Shown here in pieces: positions 1 through 8,061 of a DNA stretch of 64,000 nt. This stretch comes from an uncultured Sangeribacter sp. (GTDB lineage Bacteria; Bacteroidota; Bacteroidia; Bacteroidales; Muribaculaceae). Made by a program: the position numbers and the translations under genes. Within the stretch, counting starts at the first letter, position 1, and each line of letters starts with the position of its first letter. The stretch is from NCBI GenBank assembly GCA_964603335.1, contig CAZRUR010000004.1, positions 160 to 64,159 on the forward strand. Direction: 5' to 3'. The notes beneath the pieces were generated by a model, which was not told the origin of the DNA, searched no databases, and saw only the letters and a program-made list of their open reading frames with translations.

Positions 1-1
1 T

Positions 2-2131
2 GGATGCAGTGCAGACAACAGCAATGAGTTTAGGCTGCACATTCTCCTTTCCTGAGTAATACTCAAATGGGATAGTAATTTCCATGAGACCTTCTTCTTC
101 CGTAGCTTCAGTGAAAATCACCTCATTATAAGCAATTATGTTTGATGCTGTTTTATCAAAAAGACGTGACTTGTTTTTAGTGCGAACTACATAACCATAC
201 TTACCTTTATAATCTGCGTCACCAGTATCCGGCTCATCAAATAAAGCGATAAAAATATGACCCTCATCGTATCCACTTGTGGGTTGATAAGAAGATTCTC
301 CTTTCCACGTATTGGATGGCTCATATTTCACCCACATTTTTATAGCAACCGGTTTAAGTTCACGTGACGGGAACTCCATAGGGCGACCGAAACCAATTAC
401 TCCGTCAGTGCCATCTGTCTTTAGATATTCCCCATAGAAGAGGTTACCGGCTGCAAATTTACCGAGTGTACTTGTAATACCCACGAACTGAGAGCGCAAT
501 TTAGCACATTGAGTACCAGAATGGAACAAATCAGTATAAGATTGTGTGAGTTGGACACCCATAGTTACAGAACCATGGTTACCACAGTCCCAAGAGTCTA
601 TGCCGTCTTCTGCTGGAACGATAGCCTCGTCTGAGGCAGTGTACCAGTTTTCAAAACTTGCATTCGGAAATTGATTTAGTGTACCTGTTGAGAAAGTATA
701 TTCATCAGTTTGATAGGTGATTCCTTCCTCTTCAGTGCCAGTGACAGCACGATACTTGTAATTTGTGCCAAGTTCAAGGTCTGTCAGAGTTACAGTGATG
801 ATATCACCTTTGTTATAACCAGCATGTGTTTGAGAAGGCTCAACATATTCCCATGTAATAGCCCCTACTTTTGCATATTGAAAACCTGCAAATTCCACGT
901 CATCCTTTGCAATCGTGGCTGTCAGTGTCTGCTCGTAATAGCATTCCTGAGATTCGGCTGGGATTTCTGACAACACTATAGGTGCTTCAGAAATACGGAG
1001 CGTGAGTTTGGCAGTTACAGTTTTTGGATTGGGCTCAGCAGAGTCGGATGCAGTGATATTGATGACATAGGGATCATCGCTGTTGGGAAGAGCATCGAGA
1101 TATGTATCATCAAACACAACCTTAACCAACTGACTGCCATTATCGTAGGTTGTAATCTCATGGAAGATACCAGCATTCTTTAAGTCACTGATGTAGGCAT
1201 CGGATGCATTAAAGAAGTCAACCTCAGAGATGCCATCCAAACCGGGAAGATTTGTGAGTTGAAGACTTGATACAGTCGAAGTTGCAGCGACATAGATGCT
1301 TTTTCTTCCAATGGTGCCACTTTCACCGGCAACCGGAGAGCTAAGGTCGAAACCATAACCGGTGATTGCTGGAGGAGTTGAGATTACAATCTCATCATTT
1401 ACCTCACTCATTGTGTCATCTATTTCGATGGTAATGAAAGCTGCACCTTCCATCTCATCAAACTCCTTATTGGCATTCACATTGAGGATATAATGGTGGG
1501 CAGGCTGTACATCTTTTATGCTTCCGGCCACAATCTTCTCCTGACCTTCGGTTTTGAAAGTCAATGCATAGTTAAGGTCAGTGACATCATCGGGCATGAT
1601 GAAGTACCCTTTGAGGTCGGGATCATTACCCTCATATGTCAGCGAGCCACCTTTATGGAAGATCGCCATGGAGTAGTCAGTGATATATTCATCAATATCA
1701 TCGGCATATTTAACAGATGCGACCACATTGGCAATCTTGCAAACCACTTCTACTGACGTGCTCTTATCCGATTCAATGGTTACCTCTTCCCAACCTTCAA
1801 ACCAGCGGTCTTCAAAGGAGGCATATGTCAGGTTCCCTGCCCATGCCTTTACAGTATAGTTACCGGAAATAAGTTTCAACCCTGATGCGGGGATCTCATC
1901 CATACCGTCATATTGGCGGACGACACCCTCATCAGAATATATCCATACCTTTGTAGAAGCAGACAGATCCTCTTCAGTTTCAGAGCGCGTCTCTACCACC
2001 ACGTCAGAGTTTATGCGGGTTGAGATAAACATCGTACCCTCGCCCACAGAGAACGGTTGCTCCATAGAGCAACTTGACGTACCACCCATCATGGCTGCAA
2101 CTGTCATATATGAAAAGATTTTCTTATTCAT
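2..2131 (-). CDS. DUF4493 + PCMD domain lipoprotein (3' end outside window)
   Basis: Absent from the ORF track because there is no stop in the window. ATG at 2131 gives MNKKIFSYMTVAAMMGGTSSCSMEQPF (lipoprotein Cys); in frame with PCMD-like QFPNASFENW...WDCGNHG...GKFAAGNLFYG...GFGRP. Confidence 0.8.
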   Translation of the reverse strand, partial: MNKKIFSYMTVAAMMGGTSSCSMEQPFSVGEGTMFISTRINSDVVVETRSETEEDLSASTKVWIYSDEGVVRQYDGMDEIPASGLKLISGNYTVKAWAGNLTYASFEDRWFEGWEEVTIESDKSTSVEVVCKIANVVASVKYADDIDEYITDYSMAIFHKGGSLTYEGNDPDLKGYFIMPDDVTDLNYALTFKTEGQEKIVAGSIKDVQPAHHYILNVNANKEFDEMEGAAFITIEIDDTMSEVNDEIVISTPPAITGYGFDLSSPVAGESGTIGRKSIYVAATSTVSSLQLTNLPGLDGISEVDFFNASDAYISDLKNAGIFHEITTYDNGSQLVKVVFDDTYLDALPNSDDPYVINITASDSAEPNPKTVTAKLTLRISEAPIVLSEIPAESQECYYEQTLTATIAKDDVEFAGFQYAKVGAITWEYVEPSQTHAGYNKGDIITVTLTDLELGTNYKYRAVTGTEEEGITYQTDEYTFSTGTLNQFPNASFENWYTASDEAIVPAEDGIDSWDCGNHGSVTMGVQLTQSYTDLFHSGTQCAKLRSQFVGITSTLGKFAAGNLFYGEYLKTDGTDGVIGFGRPMEFPSRELKPVAIKMWVKYEPSNTWKGESSYQPTSGYDEGHIFIALFDEPDTGDADYKGKYGYVVRTKNKSRLFDKTASNIIAYNEVIFTEATEEEGLMEITIPFEYYSGKENVQPKLIAVVCTAS

Positions 2132-2151
2132 TGTTCTGTTAGTTTAGAGGG

Positions 2152-3501
2152 TTATTCAACTACTATAGTAAAAGAAATTGTTTTTGTTTCTTCTCCTGTG
2201 GTTACAGTCAGATAGAATGTACTTGTGGAGGAACCAAGACGTGCAAGTAACGACATAAATTCCGTTACTTCAACCTTGACGTGAGTTGCATTCAATACAG
2301 CTTCAACAGGTTCCCCTTCTTCATTTGTTAAACTACCGTCACCACAAGGGAATCCTAACCCTACAATTCCCTCTTCAAAGTCTCCCGGATAAGCAAGAGA
2401 GAATTTATCTGTTAGACCAATACTTTTAAGTTCATCTGGAGTCAAGGATGTTGAATCTATAACCACATCGAATGCAGTGATGGGTTCTTCGGTATCTACA
2501 ATAACTATATATTCAGTAAGTTCTGTACTTGTATAAGACTGACCGTTAAGCAATGTGCCTGAAAATACCATATTTGACACTTCCGGGTTTGGATCTACTG
2601 GGTCATCACCGCCTTCATTTGGGTCTTCCGGATCTTCCGGATCTACAATCTCAGGCTTGGTGCCGGGCTCTTCCTCTCCATCGGTTATGACTTCTTCTTT
2701 ACCGGGATCAGTGGAAACCTGAACAAGAGTTTCGTCTTCATAAACAATATTTATGTCGATAGATCCATCGCCAACCACAAGAGTGCCCTGCGGCTCATCA
2801 GGCACGGGAAGTTCTGCACCAGTGCCGAAGGTGATCTTACGCCACTGACCGGCAGCCAAATCTGTGAATGAGCGTGTAAAAGATTCATAATTTCCGTTGA
2901 TGTAACCGGAGAATGTCACTGCCATTGTAGTTGAGCCATTGACAGCGGCAAAGTATCCGGCACGGGTCTCAGTGGATGTGAAATCAAGAGAGCTTCCCTG
3001 ACCTGCCTCTACAGTAACCTTGACATCAGACATGGAGGCAAGAAGGTCGGAACCGAACCCTACCGTAACCTTTACAGATGCAAACTTACATATGATAGAT
3101 TCTACGGTAGTGATTTTCTCAGCTTCTACAGTAAACTTCTCGGAAGTGCCGGTGAAATATGGGCATTCCCAACCGGCAGCTTCGAGCTCGTGAGAGCGGA
3201 CAGTTATTGTCCAGTCACCTGATGGAAGGTCAATTGTAGAGGCGAGTTCATTATAACTCTTGCTCATATAAGGGGTGGTTTCACCGTCCTTGTAGAAGTC
3301 GAGCAGATAACTGGAGGTGTCGTAAGAGGCACGAGTAGACGCACTCTGGTAGACCGTTTCGGCATTGTTTACCTCAACGCCAGGCTTAGTGATTTGGCCA
3401 ATTGAGCCATTGCCGGTGCCGTCGTCAAACATCGCCTCCTTTGAGCAGGAGCCCAAGGCGAGAATGGCTGTAAGCAGAGCGGCTTGATATATTGATTTCA
3501 T
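2152..3501 (-). CDS. DUF4493 domain lipoprotein with acidic Pro/Asp/Glu linker
   Basis: Lipobox LGSC; DUF4493-like segment LPSGDWTITV...AGWECPYFTG; DPEDPEDP linker. Confidence 0.75.
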   Translation of the reverse strand: MKSIYQAALLTAILALGSCSKEAMFDDGTGNGSIGQITKPGVEVNNAETVYQSASTRASYDTSSYLLDFYKDGETTPYMSKSYNELASTIDLPSGDWTITVRSHELEAAGWECPYFTGTSEKFTVEAEKITTVESIICKFASVKVTVGFGSDLLASMSDVKVTVEAGQGSSLDFTSTETRAGYFAAVNGSTTMAVTFSGYINGNYESFTRSFTDLAAGQWRKITFGTGAELPVPDEPQGTLVVGDGSIDINIVYEDETLVQVSTDPGKEEVITDGEEEPGTKPEIVDPEDPEDPNEGGDDPVDPNPEVSNMVFSGTLLNGQSYTSTELTEYIVIVDTEEPITAFDVVIDSTSLTPDELKSIGLTDKFSLAYPGDFEEGIVGLGFPCGDGSLTNEEGEPVEAVLNATHVKVEVTEFMSLLARLGSSTSTFYLTVTTGEETKTISFTIVVE

Positions 3502-3533
3502 AATGTTCAGTTAAATATTAAAATTAGCGTCGA

Positions 3534-5945
3534 TTAATAAACAAGCTCGATATCGTCAATAAGAAGAGTAGAGCCGATAAATGCATCCAATTCACTACCA
3601 ACACTCAACAAATTTTTACTTACAGTGTTTGTACAATCACTTGAGAGGTAGCTATCGGTTGCAGTAGAAACGAATCGAATTTTAATCTTCACATTCTCTG
3701 CAGCTCCTTTAGAATAGGTATATACTGGAGTTGTAATTTGTGTGAAAGTGTCAGTTGGATCAAGATTTTTAGTAAATGAAATTACCCCATTTTCACCATT
3801 AGTCACAGTAATCTCAACCAGTCCCTGATCTCCAGACTTATAAGCAGTATACTTATACCAAAACGAAACAGCTGATGGTCGAGATGTCAAAGTATAACCC
3901 GAATTATTATCGCCAAGTGTCATCTCACCTTTATAGACATTATCTGGCGTGTTATAATATCCAGTGCTTCTCGAGCCGGTAGTACGTATATACGCTGAAT
4001 ATGAGTTGCCATGCACATCCGTACTCATGCCTACTGCAGATGTTCCCGATCTGTAACTTGTCGATGCAACATTTTGGTATGACGTTGAATTGGACCCATA
4101 CCAAGGATCTGATGGATTATTATAATGCCATGTACACGCACCTTTACTTATACTATTTTGCTCGCTCCAACTTTCCATATCGCTGCCGGGGATCTGTGTA
4201 GCTGTTTCAGTTTTCATAAGAACAGGCTCAGATGGCAACGCACCTACTTTAGAACGGACATAATATGTAGTTCCAGGAGTTAAGCCTGTAACATGATAGT
4301 CACCGTCTTCTATAGTTACATTTGCAGAAGCATATGTAGTGCCGTTGGTTGAAACCTCTATAGTGGCTTCCCTATCCGCCTCACTGTTTACTGTTGCCCA
4401 AGCGCTTTTTGCAAACACATCATTTTCATTGACTGTTACAGTGGGGAGCGTACCGGTAGGTATTTCCAGGTCTACTGCGGACATATTCAAAGCGTTGAAC
4501 TTCAGTTTAACTGGAATCTGTGCATCATCAGGAATAACGACGCTGACTATATACGATTCCGTATCGTCACTTTGCTGTTGAATATTGCTTATCATTGTCT
4601 CCTTATAAACACCAGAGTTAGGGAGATAACTTACCTTCAAGATAGAGGCAAGGTTAGTGCCATTGAAGTGGGCAAGGACATTGACAGTCTCTTGTCCGTT
4701 ATACACCTCTCCATCTATATTCTCTATTGTCAACTCTATATCGTCAATCTTTACGTAGAATGTCAGAGGTTTCTCAGAGGCTACCTTACCATTATTGTCT
4801 GTCACTTTCAGCGAGAATGTAACCGGGTCAACATCTTGCGCAGTTGCAGGAAGATTGTTGATGACATCAGTAAGTTCAAAAGCCGCAAGATGCGCAAGCT
4901 CCGTTTTGCCGAAAATGCCGATATTCTTAAATCCAAGGCTTGTCAGAGTCTGTTGGTCAGCATCAGAAGCAGTGACAAGGTCTATCTCAGCGGGCCATCC
5001 GGTGGGAAGACTTGTACTTTTGCCGGTAGTTGTCAGCACTGCCGACTTGATGCCAGACTGAGACTTAATGTCGATACGTACAGGCTCCTCCAATGTTGAA
5101 CCGACAATCATGGAGATTGTCTCACCCTCTGCCACACCACTCAGAGTCACCTCGGGTGCTGGAGCGTTGAGCACCTCATCAGATATATCCACAGTCACAT
5201 CTTCCTTTTCGAGTGTCTCATCAAAGGTGATTGTCAACCCTAACTCGCCGACCCCTGTGCCTGTTTCATCACCAAGCTTAATGCCCACCGTATATCGGTG
5301 CTGCGCCACAGTATTAAATTTGGCAACTTCCATAGTGGCGCCTTGACCGTTGGGCTTAGTGAAAGTTACGTCGAGGGTTACCTCACCTGGAATAAGGTAT
5401 GCGTAGCGAGTCTCATCTGTTGAGTATGCGACGGTTTGTCCACCCACACTATGGAGAGAAGCCTCTAAGGCAGTAAAATAGTTGAGCGCAGAATCATCGA
5501 ATGTTATGCCAACCATTGCTTTGGAGGGAACAGCAGTCAGAGACACCGTTGTTGACTTTCCTTCATTGACTGTAAAATCTGTCTCGCCGTATACGGCCGG
5601 TTTCTCAAAACCTTCTTCCTCACTGTCGCCATAAGAGGCTGTCAATTTGTACTTGCCGACAGCAAAACCCTTGTCGGTTGGGAAATCATTGTAGGCGAAA
5701 GTGCTGGTTTCTCCAGTTTCAGAATAGGTAAGCGTAAGAGTGAGGTCTTTGACCGTGATGTCGGTGTACTCCGTCACAGCCCTTGTGCCGGACGCACCAT
5801 TTACAGTGGCATCATAGCTGACAATCGGAACGATTGTGCCGGTGCCTGCCTCAGTCTGGCTGCCGGAGAACATGCTCTCGTCGCACGACGTGAGCAAGGC
5901 TATGGCTGCCAGCGGGATGGCTGCAAAATGTTTTGTAACTTTCAT
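3534..5945 (-). CDS. DUF4493 lipoprotein with Fn3-like and C-terminal PCMD-like domain
   Basis: Lipobox LTSC; VGKYKLTASYG...EEGFEKPAVYG; GLTPGTTYYVR; QIPGSDMESW; ends GSTLLIDDIELVY. Confidence 0.78.
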   Translation of the reverse strand: MKVTKHFAAIPLAAIALLTSCDESMFSGSQTEAGTGTIVPIVSYDATVNGASGTRAVTEYTDITVKDLTLTLTYSETGETSTFAYNDFPTDKGFAVGKYKLTASYGDSEEEGFEKPAVYGETDFTVNEGKSTTVSLTAVPSKAMVGITFDDSALNYFTALEASLHSVGGQTVAYSTDETRYAYLIPGEVTLDVTFTKPNGQGATMEVAKFNTVAQHRYTVGIKLGDETGTGVGELGLTITFDETLEKEDVTVDISDEVLNAPAPEVTLSGVAEGETISMIVGSTLEEPVRIDIKSQSGIKSAVLTTTGKSTSLPTGWPAEIDLVTASDADQQTLTSLGFKNIGIFGKTELAHLAAFELTDVINNLPATAQDVDPVTFSLKVTDNNGKVASEKPLTFYVKIDDIELTIENIDGEVYNGQETVNVLAHFNGTNLASILKVSYLPNSGVYKETMISNIQQQSDDTESYIVSVVIPDDAQIPVKLKFNALNMSAVDLEIPTGTLPTVTVNENDVFAKSAWATVNSEADREATIEVSTNGTTYASANVTIEDGDYHVTGLTPGTTYYVRSKVGALPSEPVLMKTETATQIPGSDMESWSEQNSISKGACTWHYNNPSDPWYGSNSTSYQNVASTSYRSGTSAVGMSTDVHGNSYSAYIRTTGSRSTGYYNTPDNVYKGEMTLGDNNSGYTLTSRPSAVSFWYKYTAYKSGDQGLVEITVTNGENGVISFTKNLDPTDTFTQITTPVYTYSKGAAENVKIKIRFVSTATDSYLSSDCTNTVSKNLLSVGSELDAFIGSTLLIDDIELVY

Positions 5946-6035
5946 GATGTATAGTTTATGTATTAATTGTCTAAATCGAGACGAAAGTACTTGTGGAGAG
6001 ATTGTGGGAGGTGGGTCTTTCGCCTAAAAATCACG

Positions 6036-6043
6036 CAAAGTTA
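6036..6043 (-). promoter_or_regulatory. Bacteroidota housekeeping promoter -7 element for the lipoprotein operon
   Basis: TAACTTTG on the minus strand ~90 nt upstream of the 5945 start. Confidence 0.6.
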
Positions 6044-6112
6044 CAAAAATACCAAAATAAAAACAAGAATTAGGCTCTAATTAGTGAAAAAGCGCCAATA
6101 TGTCCAATTTAG

Positions 6113-6310
6113 GACCCCACCCCGGCCCCAACCCAGGACCCCAACCCGGCCCTCCCCGCAGGGGGAGGGTGGCTACGCAGCCTCCGCTATCTCACGCAAA
6201 GGGGTTGGCTACGCAGCACTAAATCGCACGCAAAGGAGCAAAGCCCGCAAAGGGTTTTATTTCTTTGCGAGCTTTGCCCTTTGCGTGCGATTAATGCCTT
6301 TGCGTGAGGA
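6113..6310. repeat. Composite palindromic repeat, left copy
   Basis: Near-identical to 7003-7205 (offset ~897). Contains CCCTCCCC-gcag-GGGGAGGG and CACGCAAAGGAGCAAAGCCCGCAAAG...CTTTGCGAGCTTTGCCCTTTGCGTG hairpins. Confidence 0.9.
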
Positions 6311-6386
6311 TATGGGTCTGCGCGCTTTTAACAAAAGAACAAAAGGGTGGCAAAAGAACAATATTTAAAATTTCCTTTTAAGCATT

Positions 6387-6418
6387 TTTGCTTATTATCA
6401 AAATATTTGCTATTTTTG
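6387..6418 (+). promoter_or_regulatory. Promoter of the TA-like pair
   Basis: TTTG (6387) - 20 nt - TATTTTTG (6411), matching the Bacteroidota -33/-7 consensus. Confidence 0.6.
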
Positions 6419-6434
6419 TAAAAAATATATTTCT

Positions 6435-6740
6435 ATGCCTGATATTTATAAATATTTCGGTTTCGTTTTCCTCTTTTATTCAAATGAGCATGACCCAATT
6501 CATGTTCACGTTCAACATAATCAGCATGAGTCCGTGTTTGAAATAATAATGGAAAACGGCAACGTAAAAGAAATAAGATGTAGAGACAAACGTGGAGTGC
6601 CACCCCTACCTTCAAAAGATCTGAAGATAGCGGAAAAGTTTGTTCGGGCTTATGCCAATAATATTGTTGAAAAATGGGTGAATTTCTTCGTTCGTAAGAA
6701 ACGAGTTGTTTGTACTAATATTACTAAGAAATTAAAATGA
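6435..6740 (+). CDS. DUF4160 family protein (DhiT-like putative toxin)
   Basis: MPDIYKYFGFVFLFYSNEHDPIHVHV is the typical DUF4160 N-terminus; AT-rich. Confidence 0.8.
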   Translation: MPDIYKYFGFVFLFYSNEHDPIHVHVQHNQHESVFEIIMENGNVKEIRCRDKRGVPPLPSKDLKIAEKFVRAYANNIVEKWVNFFVRKKRVVCTNITKKLK

Positions 6741-6991
6741 AATATTTGAGAATTGAAAGGGCTATATATCAGGGTGATTTGAAGGTGCAACTCATTTTCA
6801 ATGACGGCACTTCCGTATCAATGGACTTTGGTACATGGATACGCAACAATCCTCATCCTCAATATAATAGGTATCTAAACGAGAAATTGTTTAAGAAATT
6901 CTATATTGATAATATGGGCAACATAGCCTGGGGCAAGAACAGAGACCTATACTTCCCAATTGACAAACTCCACGAAGGTCTCTACGCATAA
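6737..6991 (+). CDS. DUF2442 family protein (putative antitoxin)
   Basis: LIFNDG...F..F.ID..GNIAW..RDL motif; ATGA overlap with the DUF4160 gene. Confidence 0.78.
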   Translation: MKYLRIERAIYQGDLKVQLIFNDGTSVSMDFGTWIRNNPHPQYNRYLNEKLFKKFYIDNMGNIAWGKNRDLYFPIDKLHEGLYA

Positions 6992-7002
6992 GCAAAGGGT
7001 GA

Positions 7003-7205
7003 GACCCCACCCCGGGCCGAGACACGACCCCGCTACCCCACCCCGGCCCTCCCCGCAGGGGGAGGGTGGCTATGCAGCCTCCGCTATCTCACGCAAAGGG
7101 GTTGGCTACGCAGCACTAAATCGCACGCAAAGGGGCAAAGCCCGCAAAGGTCTTATTTCTTTGCGTGCTTTGCCCCTTTGCGTGAGGATAAGACTTTGCG
7201 TGAGG
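7003..7205. repeat. Composite palindromic repeat, right copy
   Basis: Direct repeat of 6113-6310 with a few substitutions. Confidence 0.9.
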
Positions 7206-7207
7206 TC

Positions 7208-7987
7208 TTATTTCTTTTTGTTGAGGAGATTTTTGAGGGCATTGACGCCGGTAGTTACTGCGTCGGTGCTGGTCTCAGTGCTCGTCTCTGTTGAGCCGTC
7301 GGTAGTTGTTGTCGTGGTGGTCGTCGTTGTCGTGGTTGTAGTCGTGGATGAGCCGGTGTACTGCATCTTGAAACCGACACATGCGCCGTCATAGCTGTCG
7401 AGCAATGAAGAGAGTGTCTTTGCCATCGACATACCGCTCACACTTGCCACTGTTGAGATAAGCTCCTTCAACTTCGTGGCATCAAACATCAGGTTGAGGT
7501 TGTTGCCGCTCTTCTCAACATAGGCTGTAAACGAACCGACCTTCATGGCACCCGCCAGTTTGATGTTGAAGACGAAAGTGCCTTCCTCACTACCCTTCTC
7601 AACAGTGCCCGTCAACTTGATACCCTTCACAGTCAGCGTGAAATTCGCATCACTGTCGACAGTGAACGGCATACCGTTCAAGCCATACTGCTCATAATAC
7701 GGATTCAGCTTGGTCTCCAGGGCTGCTGCCCCAGCGACACCGCCTGCCTTCTGCAACAGATTGTCGCTCTTGAAAGTAACCGCCGGACCCTCGGACACAT
7801 ACTCGCCGACAAGGTCTGACACCTCGAGGTTGCTCTTCGTGAACACACCCTCAATCACATTGCTGATGGTGGAGCTGATGTCGCTCGACCCACCAATGTT
7901 CTTCAGCAAGTCGCCAACGCTCTGAGCATTGGCTGCTGATGCACCCATCAGGAGCGCAGCAGCAATAAAGAAAGATTTCATTCTCAT
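7208..7987 (-). CDS. DUF4923 family secreted lipocalin-like protein with Thr-rich tail
   Basis: Signal peptide ending ANA-Q; PAVTFKSDNLLQKAGGVAG motif; LMFDATKL. Confidence 0.75.
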   Translation of the reverse strand: MRMKSFFIAAALLMGASAANAQSVGDLLKNIGGSSDISSTISNVIEGVFTKSNLEVSDLVGEYVSEGPAVTFKSDNLLQKAGGVAGAAALETKLNPYYEQYGLNGMPFTVDSDANFTLTVKGIKLTGTVEKGSEEGTFVFNIKLAGAMKVGSFTAYVEKSGNNLNLMFDATKLKELISTVASVSGMSMAKTLSSLLDSYDGACVGFKMQYTGSSTTTTTTTTTTTTTTTDGSTETSTETSTDAVTTGVNALKNLLNKKK

Positions 7988-8005
7988 AATTATTTTAAGG
8001 ATAAT

Positions 8006-8055
8006 TCATGATGCAACATGAGAAATCATGAGGAATCATGATGCATCATGATTAT
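8006..8055. repeat. Five-unit 10-bp-period CATGA array
   Basis: TCATGATGCA ACATGAGAAA TCATGAGGAA TCATGATGCA TCATGATTAT in the glgB-DUF4923 spacer. Confidence 0.85.
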
Positions 8056-8061
8056 TTATAT

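Noticed and set aside
6084-6368. 94-aa ORF, and the similar 144-aa ORF at 6960-7394
   Set aside because: Both are translations of the palindromic repeat (and antisense of DUF4923); the shared peptide reflects the DNA repeat
7250-7350. Poly-Thr tract as a phase-variable microsatellite
   Set aside because: Encoded by mixed ACN codons, in frame; an ordinary low-complexity linker
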